Source of the DNA: Gnetum montanum
Lineage: Eukaryota; Plantae; Gnetophyta
DNA: 64,000 nucleotides
Assembly: GCA_015680685.1 (NCBI GenBank)
Contig: MNCI01002585.1
Coordinates: forward strand, 390,105 to 454,104
Direction: 5' to 3'
Below, piece after piece: positions 27,301-38,431 of this stretch. Both the position numbers and the translations under genes were made by a program. The notes beneath the pieces are model-generated. The model had not been told where the DNA came from. It saw only the letters and a program-made list of their open reading frames with translations, and searched no databases. Position 1 is the first letter of the stretch; each line of letters starts with the position of its first letter.

Positions 27301-29316
27301 CACATCTTCAACGGTAAGCAGTCTGAGGGATGCTCACTTCCTATTCAACCAACCAGCTTCCTTACACTTTACAGAAAAATTGGAATACCTGGTTGGATAG
27401 GTTTTAAAGTCAAGCCTAAGTTGCCATATAACACCAGCACACACGTTCTCGGTAGAGGAGAACTTCTGCAAGGCTGTCTGTGCCAACGCCAAGGCATCTA
27501 TGTCACCGTGAAGATCATTCCCATCAATATAAAACCCAATAATACACAAAAATACAATTAACACCTCTATCTAGTGTAACATAGATTATAAAACATGTTA
27601 AGATACCTCCACAAAACTCACTCGCTAGCATAGTAAATGGTTCCAAGTGGGTTCAGAAAACAAGTGCCCATGTGATGGGCAATGTATACTGTGTTATATA
27701 AGTGATAGAATTTGTACTTAGGCATGTCCCAGATCCAACTTAAGCACCTCAAGCCTCTTGGGCACTGGTTAAAACCTTCTATACCTTCGCCTTCAATTTC
27801 CCCATCATCCATGAACTTCAGAATGCCCCAGTTTGCCCAGGGCAACAATGTTTCTGTAATTGTGGTTGCTATCTTGGCTGATAAGTGTGACCACATGATC
27901 ACACTAAAATGGTAAGGAGGAATTGTAGGAAGTCACGTGCACCCTCCTAGAACCAGACCACCTGCTGCCCCACACATGCATGGGGAGGATGGACGTTGGC
28001 CATAGGTTCACTAAGGCAACATAAGACTCCTACAAGTTTAAGGATAATCAAGACAGGTTTAAACATGACCCTGCATGACAAAGCATCAAATGTTAGCACT
28101 GTGTTCAAGTAAGGTTTACATGTAGTGTAGCGTGACCCTCTATTTATATGTAGCATAACATGATCTTCCGACTATGAATCCCCCTTTTAGCATGAACTAA
28201 GGAGTCTCCCAATGAACGAAGGTAAACATTGCATGCAGCGTACTAAAAAAAAAGAGTTGGGAGTAGCGTAGCATAACGGTTAAGTCTAATGTAACATAAC
28301 AATAGTGGGTGCATAGCACGATGCGACAGTTACATGTTACATAGAACAATGCAAAAGACATACCTAACAAAACATAGCATAACAGCCAACACTTTTGCAT
28401 AAGGATGGCGGCTATGTCACGCGCAACATAGCAAGATGAATACACCATACGCAACATAATGTATAATAAGAAGAGCACTATAGCCGGCATCGCGGCATAG
28501 CAAATTTGGCAGTATAACAAATTTAACAACGTAGTAGCACTACAAGCTTGATAGCGTAGCAATATGACAGATTGCTAACATGATGGCCTAAGGGCCTCAT
28601 AGCATAAGCAAAGTAATGTAACAACAACAACCTTATAGTCTAACTGTGCAGACGAGAGAGAATTCACAGTGCCCCCACCGTCCCAACCCTACCTTGCTGA
28701 ATGAAATAGCTCATGCTACACTATGTGAAACATGCATCACGTTGCCATAAAAATTTTGCAAATAACTAAAACCCTCTAAGGGAGGCACACTATGCCAAGA
28801 ATGCTCTACATCACCCAGAACTACCCAAACCCCTGTGACAATGCATTTTCCATTCTTTACAATGGCGGCTAGGGCAAGACTGCATGTAGTTGTAGCGTAG
28901 CACCTATACGGTTGCTGTGGCCAACTAGTGATGACCACGACGTAGCGGCCAAAACGACAACCAAAATAGTGTAATAGATGCAAACATCACCACAATAACA
29001 ACAACAACAACATGATCCGATTCATCAACTAAAGGAAATAAGGATAGCATAGTGACTTATTGAGCTGATGGAGCCTCTTGTTACACTTCAACGCATGCCT
29101 TGGACAGGCATCTCAGAGTGTCCTTCACCTTGTCTACCTTGGCAAGTCCTTGATGCCTGTGTTCGCCTTTAGATGCCATTGTCTTGCTCGTGAATTGTCT
29201 CTGTCAACTGCTACGCTATGCTTGTTACACTCTATCTACTCGATCATGCTATGCTCTGGGTGTGAGCTCTGACAATGAAAGTGACAAGTTTACTAAGGGT
29301 TAAACCCCTATTTATA
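24361..29316 (-). pseudogene. Antisense multi-exon accessory gene inside element A: FCP1/NIF-like HAD domain, PMD/plant-transposon-protein-like domain, acidic repeat, coiled coil
   Basis: Predicted exons 28070-27622, 27535-27261, 27160-26112, 25991-24512 and 24423-24361. Introns are GT..AG (one acceptor reads GG) and keep frame at the junctions. TATAAATA at 29316-29309 and AATAAA at 24288-24283. Exons upstream of 28070 are unresolved; stops and frameshifts are present. Confidence 0.8.
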
Positions 29317-29499
29317 GTTGACATGGTAAAACACTTGCCACTTTCATGTTTTGATTAACGCAGGACATCCCCTACAACATAGCACTATTGCACCGTAGTC
29401 CCACTATAGTGTAGCAATTATCTGCACCATAACAGGTGGGCCCACCAAAAATTTTTACCCCATCTTGTCACTTTATCTTTACAAAATCTACCTAACCAC

Positions 29500-29760
29500 G
29501 GTCCATAAAGACCTTAAACTAACAATTTTGGCTTTCAATTCTACCCAATAACAGTCTGCAAAGACCTCAAACTAGCAATTTTAGCCCACGGTTTAACCCG
29601 ACAATGGTCCACCATGACCTTAAACTGGTAATATCAACATTTCTTTCACATTTTAAACCTGGTTATGATCCACCATGACCTTAAAATGGCAATTCGAACA
29701 TTCATTCTACAAGCTATTATATTATCACGGTCTGCTAAGACCTTAAATTGGCGATTAGCT
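29500..29760 (+). repeat. Cluster of GACCTTAAACTGGC-like motifs
   Basis: Copies at ~29510, 29563, 29617, 29677 and 29739. Confidence 0.8.
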
Positions 29761-29906
29761 TATGTTGCATTATTGATTTACACATGTTTCTTACATGTTA
29801 TTTCTTTAAATAGGTATCACTTGACTTGGTTTATTTTCTTGTTGAAACAGGTCAACCCGAAAGATAACTATACAGGGTGATCTCTGTTTGCCTTTGACCT
29901 TAACAG

Positions 29907-32900
29907 GTCCCTACGGAAAGTGTACAAGAAGTTTGAATCAAGAATTGATAAACTTCGAGTTATCTTCTCACAACACCTTAGCGTCCCTGGAAACATCCCT
30001 AGACCTGCCTGAACATTTGGTATAGGCCTTAGACTTAGAGGCTGGGGATGTGACTAAGGACCCTCTTATTGATATCCCCATAACTACAACTAAAGGTGAA
30101 GAAAAAAATCTGAAAGTTAGCTCTCTATTACACCCACAGGTACACCAAAACATTGCAAAGGTTCTCCATGATGTTAAAGTGTTCGCATGGTCATATGATG
30201 ACATGCCGGGCCTAGATCCATGGCTTATACAACATAATATTATCCTAGATCCATGTGTTAAGGTAGTTAAGCAAAAAGCCCATAAAATCAAACTGGAGAT
30301 TGCATTAGCTGTACGTGATGAAATCACCAAGCTTTATGAAGAAGATTTCATCTGGGCGGTCGATTACTTGGAATGGGTTTCAAACATCATTATAGTTTCT
30401 AAGAAAATGGGAGGTATACAAATTTGTATAGACTTTCGAGATCTAAACAAAGCAACGATTAAGGATGATTTCCCATTACCAAGCATCGATAAACTCATAG
30501 ACACTACGGCTGGTCATGCCTTACTGTCGTTTATGGATGGGTTCTCAGGCTATAACCAGATCCGTATAAACCTAGAGCATTAGTTGTCAACCACCTTCAT
30601 GACCCCTTGGGGAACGTTTTGTTATACAATGATGCCTTTCGGACTCAAGAATGCTGCAGCAACCTACCAATGAGCAATGACCTATATTTTTAGTGACTAC
30701 CTCTTGGAGATATTAAATGATTACGTGGATGGCATAGCATTCAAGTCTAAGGAAGCTATTGATAATCCCAATGAACTAGATGTAGTCCTCAAACATTGTC
30801 ATAAGCATGACTTGCCTTTCAACCCAAAGAAATGTGTTTTTGGGGTTAAAACCAAATGCATGCTAGGGTTTGTAGTGTCGGAGATAGGGATATGAGTGGA
30901 CCTTGATAAAGTCAAGGCCATCGTTAACCTAGCATCGCCTACCAACCTTAAAAAAATTGCACGGGTTGCAAGGAAGAATATAGTTTATTAGAAGGTTTAT
31001 AGCGAGGTTGATAGATAAGTTACGTCCCATGAAACACCTGCTTAAGAAAGGGATCAACTTTGAGTGGACAGAACAATGTCAACAAGCTTTTGATAACTTA
31101 AAGAAAGAGCTTTTGCACCTCCCAACTATTTACCCACCACAGAGGGATAAGCCTTTCTACATCTACCTTGCCACTTCGGACACATCTATTGCAACATTGT
31201 TATGTCAGAAGAAAGATAATGGCTTTGAAATCCTGGTTTACTACTTGAGCCACACACTAATAGCTTATGAGGCAAAGTACAACGAGGTAGAAAAATATTG
31301 CCTTGCACTAGTGTTTGCACTAAAAAAGTGGAGACATTACTTGTTTCGCAGCAAGGTCAACATTATATGCAAGAGTAACATACTTCAGGCTATCACAACA
31401 ATCTTGTACGAGAGTAGTAGGATAGCCCGATGGAAAGCTATAACAGCAGAATTTGATTTACATTATGTAGGCCAATTATCAAGAAAGGGTCAAGCAATAT
31501 CTACACAACTTACAACTTCACCCATTGACGATCAGGCAATAATAGAACTTGAATTCCCTGATAAACACATCAATAGCCTAAGCCCTGTACCATCTGATTT
31601 TGAAGAAATTCTACATTTTGATGGCGCTGCGACCACACGAGGTGGAAGTGCCACCACAGTTATTACTTTCCTTTAGAGGAAATTCGGCCCTTTGCATATC
31701 GCTTTAGGTTCCTTTGTATGAACAACATGGTTGAGTATGAAGAACTTCTTATGGGTCTCTTAGTAGCCCAAGAGCTAAAGATCCAACATTTGGCAGTTTG
31801 GGGAGACTCGCAATTAGTGGTTAATCAGATCATTGAAGTCTACGCTTACAAGGCTTCACATTTGCAACCTTATTGTGATCTAGCTAAGAGTTTTTTGAAA
31901 TAGTTCACAATGCTAGATATCCAACATGTGCCTCACAATGAGAACACCATAGTAGATGCGCTAGCCACTTTAGCATTGAACGTTTCACCACACATGTTTG
32001 CTACCTTGCCTAGTTCGATAAAAGAATGCATAGACCCTATTACTCAAGAGGTACACATCGCAGTTGTTAGTATGACAGATATCCAAGAATGGTATGCAAA
32101 CATTAAAGCCTACCTTCAACATGGAAAACCCCCAAAAGGCTTGAGATCTGCTCAGAAGGATGCAATTCGAAAGCGAGCTTGGCAGTATGTCCTTATAGGA
32201 GATAACACCCTATGTAAACACTCCTTTGATGGGATATTGCTAACTTGCATTGGTGAGGAAGAAGCATAGAAAATTATTAACAAAGTTCATGAGGAACTAT
32301 GTGGGGAACACATAGCCCCTAGGCTATGGCAGTAAAAATCAAATGCCTAGGGTATTATTGGCCTTACATAGAACAATATTGCCTCGCGAAAGTTAGGACG
32401 TGTGATGTGTGTCAACATCATGCAAATATCATACACGTGTCACCTACTGAGTTACATCCTACATAGATCATGTGGCCATTCCAATGTTGGGAACTGGACA
32501 ACATAGGACCCATCACACCTAAGTCTTCCAGAGGTCATAGCTTCATCATCACTACAATTGAATATTTTACAAAGTGGGTGGAGGTTATCCCCCTTAGGAA
32601 GACTACATCTCAATAGGTTTGCCACTTTATCTTGGATAACATAGTAACAAGGTTTGGTCTTCCCATGACTATTATGATAGACAACGAGCCACAATTTAGT
32701 AGCGTAGAAGCCAAAACCTTTTGCAACAACCTTGACATCAAGATATCCTTTTCATTGTCATATTACCCATAGGAAAATGGTCAAGTAGAGGCAAAAAACA
32801 AAGCCATCATCAACCTGCTCAAAAAGATGCTTAGTAGCAGTAAGAGGCGATGGCATGAACAAATCCTCTACGTGTTGTTGGCCTACTGTACGATGTGCAG

Positions 32901-33330
32901 AACGACCACAGGTAAGACTTCCTAAAGCCTTGTCTATGAATATGAAGTGGTGTTACCTCTTGAATTGTAGGTTCCATCACTTCGAATGATCCTTTTGAAT
33001 GTTGTGAGCGAGGCTTAGAACAACGAGTCAAGGATCATTGATCTTGACTTCGTAGAGGAGGAGCAAGCTCAAACACTCAACCTCATCGAATGGTACCAGG
33101 ACAAGTAACAACAAAAGCACCACTACAATCTACATCAATGGTCAATCAAAAAAGGGAACCCAGTTCTCAAGGCTATTCCTGAACATGTAAACAAATTCTC
33201 AGCCGACTGGGAAGGCCCTTTTGTAGTCATGAAGGCCTATGAGAACGAGGCCTTCAAACTGGCCGATATGAATGGCAATGAGTTTGCGAATCCTATCAAT
33301 CATTTGTATTTCAAGCCATACTACGTCTAA
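29907..33330 (+). pseudogene. pol (RT, RNase H, archaeal-type RNase H, integrase) of element A
   Basis: [54 protein letters not shown] and the integrase HHCC/core; ends FKPYYV* at 33330. Confidence 0.95.
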
Positions 33331-33374
33331 CACAGGAGTTACATGAGGTACTAAGCAAGGTAAGATAATCATTC

Positions 33375-33620
33375 GCTATGACGTAAAACTGGCACAGATA
33401 GTCCACTATGACTATAAACTGGCACAACACATCCTTGGGCTATGACGTAAAATTGGCATCCACAGTTTGGTCTGCTATGACCTTAAACTGGCCCATCCAC
33501 CATCCACTATGATGTTAAACTAGCATAGCGGTTTGCTAGGACCTTAAAATAGCACATTACAGTCTGCTAGGACCTCAAACTAGCACATTTGACAGTCTAC
33601 CAAGACTTTAAATTGGGTTC
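33375..33620 (+). repeat. Tandem ~30-35 bp units CGCTATGAC(C/G)T(T/A)AAACTGGCA downstream of integrase
   Basis: About 8 consecutive copies visible. Confidence 0.85.
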
Positions 33621-34711
33621 GCATTTCAATGCTGACCAGCCCACATCCACGACCCTATAAACAAGTGAGCATGCACAATGCCAACTATCTAGACAACATG
33701 GGGTGGCACATTGCAGTTCCAGAATGTAGTCCACATTGCCGAGGGAACACCCTCTAGAACACATGCAACGTCATTGCCCCTGGCATCTTGCTGATCTTCT
33801 GGAGATGTCATCTAACATCTTGCTGACCTTCTAGAGCTACCGCTACCACAACCACTCATCTCAATGATAGCTCTTGCCGTCAACACCTACTATTGGAGGC
33901 CTAGCACTATTGTGGTCCACCCCACAAGATTGCCATCCTCCAGCCCTCACCATTTTCCAAGTCCAAGATCCGTTTAGCTATTAGGCCTCTCACCTTGCAG
34001 CTGGATTACATGATGTTTACCTTGGGCAAGGAATTCTAAGCACTTGCATTGCCCTCCCTCTCAATCAACTTGACCTCCTTTCTTATACTTATAGTTTTTC
34101 ACGTCTCCTTTACAAGCTTCCTTGATGCATATAAAGCCCTCCCACATGCCCAACTGCCAAGTCCATGATGACTATAACATAACTCACCTCATGGGAAGCA
34201 TCTGTAGGTAGGTCAAAGCCGCACATGGATGTAACACAACTCATCTAGGGGAGAAAACACCTATCCTGCAATAGTAAGGTTGTCTACAAGTGAACGTGGC
34301 TGAATAACAAAAGGAAAACACAAAAAGTGCAAACGATCAGAATAGCTCAAAAAAAATGGAACAAGTGCCCAAAACAAATGGCACCGCAGTTGTTTCAAAA
34401 TGACCATCTCTAAGCACTCTGAGGAGAGGTCAAAAAGGCCAACAAAGAAGGATGCCCATGCGTGCATTGACTCCATCACAAGCATTCCGATGAGGGACCA
34501 CACTATGTTACATCTTTTCCTTCCTTGAACCTGTCCCCTCAAATCCATCCTTGTCCTGTTCCCTTACTCGACTATCCCAATACTCACAAGTGTAGCAAAG
34601 CGACATATGAGTGACCACTAGAGAGCAATGTTAGCATTTTGTTTTTCATGGTGTTTCGTATTCTTTGTCGACATCTCTTGGGCATATCCTCCAGACATCA
34701 ACAAAGAGGGG

Positions 34712-35557
34712 TGATGAGACGCGAGATGTACTGGGCCGCGATATCGCNNNNNNNNNNNNNNNNNNNNNNNNNNNNNNNNNNNNNNNNNNNNNNNNNNNNN
34801 NNNNNNNNNNNNNNNNNNNNNNNNNNNNNNNNNNNNNNNNNNNNNNNNNNNNNNNNNNNNNNNNNNNNNNNNNNNNNNNNNNNNNNNNNNNNNNNNNNNN
34901 NNNNNNNNNNNNNNNNNNNNNNNNNNNNNNNNNNNNNNNNNNNNNNNNNNNNNNNNNNNNNNNNNNNNNNNNNNNNNNNNNNNNNNNNNNNNNNNNNNNN
35001 NNNNNNNNNNNNNNNNNNNNNNNNNNNNNNNNNNNNNNNNNNNNNNNNNNNNNNNNNNNNNNNNNNNNNNNNNNNNNNNNNNNNNNNNNNNNNNNNNNNN
35101 NNNNNNNNNNNNNNNNNNNNNNNNNNNNNNNNNNNNNNNNNNNNNNNNNNNNNNNNNNNNNNNNNNNNNNNNNNNNNNNNNNNNNNNNNNNNNNNNNNNN
35201 NNNNNNNNNNNNNNNNNNNNNNNNNNNNNNNNNNNNNNNNNNNNNNNNNNNNNNNNNNNNNNNNNNNNNNNNNNNNNNNNNNNNNNNNNNNNNNNNNNNN
35301 NNNNNNNNNNNNNNNNNNNNNNNNNNNNNNNNNNNNNNNNNNNNNNNNNNNNNNNNNNNNNNNNNNNNNNNNNNNNNNNNNNNAGACTTGCTTAACCATA
35401 CACCATGACAAATACAAGCAAGCCTGGGAAGACAACGAACGATTCACCCCAAGCATTTCTTGTGGTGTTAAGGCATTTAGTCTGCGGATTTCGACCGGAT
35501 CACGCGTGCACGCTCGTATTCGTATGGTGGAGTGTAGGGGTACCTCACCACTCATCA
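34712..35557 (+). mobile_element. Athila-like LTR insertion (probable solo LTR) with AGGGG TSD, inside the PPT of element A
   Basis: AAAG-AGGGG|TGATGAG...CTCATCA|AGGGG-CCAT-TGAAAC. The 846-bp span is close to the D LTR length. The middle is an N gap. Confidence 0.85.
34748..35383. other. Assembly gap (N run)
   Basis: Run of N. Confidence 1.
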
Positions 35558-35566
35558 AGGGGCCAT

Positions 35567-37583
35567 TGAAACACCATAGAATTTTAGGACCCTAATGCTT
35601 CAGCAAAGTCTTGAAATTCAGGCAAGGACTTCCACATTTGTAGTGTCATGATGGATTGTCCGAACAACGTAGGAACTAAGGGTAGGCTGCATAGTCTGGT
35701 AAGTTTTCTATTACCCGGGCTGATAGGCCTGTTGGACTCTCTAGCCTGCCCAATTGGACAATTGACCCAGCTAATAGTCTACCCAGGGACCATGCTAAGA
35801 GTTGTCAAAAGTGTTCAAGAAGAGCCAAACAGTTTAGCAAGTTTTCTGATTGCAAAACCTGCTACGCTATGCTACGCTGCATAACATAGTAAGCCTTAAG
35901 GAGATTAATCAGACATCCAAGATGCAAAATGGTAACAAGCCAGTCTTCTAGAGAATTTGCCCTATTTTACCCCTGAAGCATGAGTGATAGGTCGCAATAG
36001 AATGTGGTGAACTTTGTCAAGAATCATCTCAATTTAAGTGCTACGCTATGCAGCGTAACACAGTGTAGTGGGGATGTACTTCGATAACACTCCTACGTGG
36101 ATAGCTCTGATGGAGTAAAAGCATTTTCCCATGTTTCAATCATTAAACAAGTTTGCTTTACCAACACACTGGGACATGAAAACATCCTATGAAAAAATTT
36201 TGTAAAAAAAGTCAGGATTCGACCAACACTGGGTGCTACGCTATGCTATGCTATGCAACGTAGCACAACGTAGCAAGGATAGAATGCACAAAGGCCCCTC
36301 TGCCAATTGGTTCTAGTAAGAGGATTGCACTCGGTAATGCTTTGGTCTCCAAAACTACTTGTCCCACTTACCCTTCAGACCTCAAGTAAATTTTCCTGAC
36401 AAAATACTATAGACCGAACAAGGATGCATGTCATATTGGCTGCTATGCTGTGCTACGCTGCATAGCGTAGCACAATATAGTGTGTATGCAAAAAAAAAAA
36501 ATGCTGCAAGGATGAACTCAATAGGTTTGAAGGCTTTCTAGCATGGAAGACAAAGTTGTAATTGCTTGCCTAACCAAGCCTCAGGCAGATGCTCTATACT
36601 TTTAGGTAAAACTTCTTTCAAGACTGGCGGTTACACTATGCTACACTACATAGCGTAGCACAGCGTAGCGTGCAATTACTTACACTACGCCAACACGCTG
36701 GATAGCAAAACTAATGTAACACTTTCATGGAGGCATTAAGACGTCTTTAGTTAGCTCCAAAACTTGTTGGGAATGATCACTCTCACCCTAGCACTTCTTC
36801 GGTGGACAAAATCAACAAGTTTACTTCATTTTGCATACCCCTGGTCAATCCCTAAAGTTGTCCCTATGCTTAACCCTACTCGTAAAAGTAGGGAAGATGT
36901 AGTACTGGAGCATAGGCTTCATTTTTCTTTCATTGTTGGTATGCTTTCTGAATTTTGGCATATGTAATTTTAGCGGTATGGTCACAGTGTAGCAGCAATA
37001 CACAATAGAACAACATGGTCACCTTTGCACTTTGTGGGACCCAAGACACATGGAATCTAAACCATGTTTTTCTCTTGCATCTGGCTTTATAAATACTCTG
37101 GCGAACAATGTTCAAAGGATTGGCTTTTGGAGCGCATAGTTGACTTCAGACATCCTTTTGCGGGTCTAGCATTTTGACACCTTGGTGAGCAGATTAGCAA
37201 GCAGAAGAATCTTGAGTAGCGAGCTATTGACTATAGTTCAGAGACCTGTGACCATACTGCTCTGTTGTAAGCTGTGCCACTCTAGTGTTGCATATTCAGT
37301 TGTACACTTTCCAATAGAACAAAGATCAGATATGTCATCTTGGGGTGGTGCATTTTCTCATCCAAGTCTATTTTATTCTTTGTTTACTATCATTGTGTTT
37401 TGCACTATTTTTATCATCTTTCATTTGTTGATCATGGCTTCACTTACATACATCGCTTCTAAAACAAACATTTACAAAAGGTTAAGTTACACCGATTAAG
37501 TCCCTGTCTGATCGACCAAACCGTTTAGGGCACCTTGTTTTCGTTTCTCTCCAGCACAGCCCTCGCACGAATCCAGGGTTAGG
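35567..37583 (+). repeat. 3' LTR of element A, truncated at its 3' end
   Basis: Aligns with 18123-~19783; similarity stops at CCAGGGTTAGG. Confidence 0.9.
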
Positions 37584-38431
37584 GTAAATAAGGTGAGCCC
37601 AAGATCAAATAGCATAGAATGAGGCCAAATGAAGGCCCAAATGATGGCAAATGTGACCAAATGATGATTGAGCCTAGTCAAATGACATTAAGTAACGTTG
37701 AAAAAGGTCATACTGATGTCCAATGACAAAATAATGTCAAATCAAGTTAACTAAGGTCAAATGATGCCAAATGATAGAAAAATTTGATGCAATAAGGTCA
37801 AATGATGTGAAAATAAGGAAATACAATCAAATGACACCAAATGGAATGACAATAAATGTCAATAATATGTAACAAGGTCAAATTAAGCTAAAACACAATG
37901 GAACTAGGTCAAACCAGTCAAGGTGGAAAACATATGGTAAAATAGGATTAATATTAGTTAATCAAGGTTACATTTTACCAATTTTAAGCATTAGCAGGCA
38001 ATGGTGGAAGGCTACAGGGTTGATGGAAGAGTTTGAGCACTTGGTGAGGTTATTTAAAGGCTATTTGGAGGAAAAATGAAGTCTTTTTGAAACAATATGC
38101 TGGTCCTCTTGAAAAATAAGTTGGCTAGTGTATTTCATGTAGGCTTTAGAATATTTTTTAATGCAATTTAATTTTCAAGGTTCATTTGGACCATTTTTTG
38201 GGTTCTAAGGTTTTGAAATGCTAGCATAGTGGACTGGGAATAGGAATTTGTTGATTTTGATGTCGATTAGAACTCTTGAAGTCATTGCATGCTTCCAAGG
38301 CTTGAAAAATGCATTGGCCAACATATCTTTCTTAGGCCCTAGTGTATCTTTTCAAGAAAAATGGATTCGTGAAGTGTTAAACATGCAATTTTGACTCTAG
38401 GAGTCTCCCAGGGCTACATAGGGGTGCTAGT

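Larger units (their letters stand above)
18123..37583 (+). mobile_element. Ty3/gypsy Tat (Ogre/Retand-type order PR-RT-RH-aRH-INT) element A, decayed
   Basis: Paired LTRs starting TGAAACACCA at 18123 and 35567, plus PBS, gag, protease, pol and PPT. The 3' LTR lacks its last ~54 bp, so no TSD is visible. Confidence 0.92.

Noticed and set aside
33375-33620. CRISPR-like repeat/spacer appearance
   Set aside because: Repeats are degenerate, spacers are short and irregular, there are no cas genes, and the context is a plant retrotransposon 3' UTR.
34639-35595. Long ORFs of 247-318 aa in the ORF track
   Set aside because: They are open only because they cross the N gap.
37573-37590. Telomere-like GGGTTAGGG at the LTR truncation point
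   Set aside because: Under two units, and mostly present already in the intact 5' LTR.
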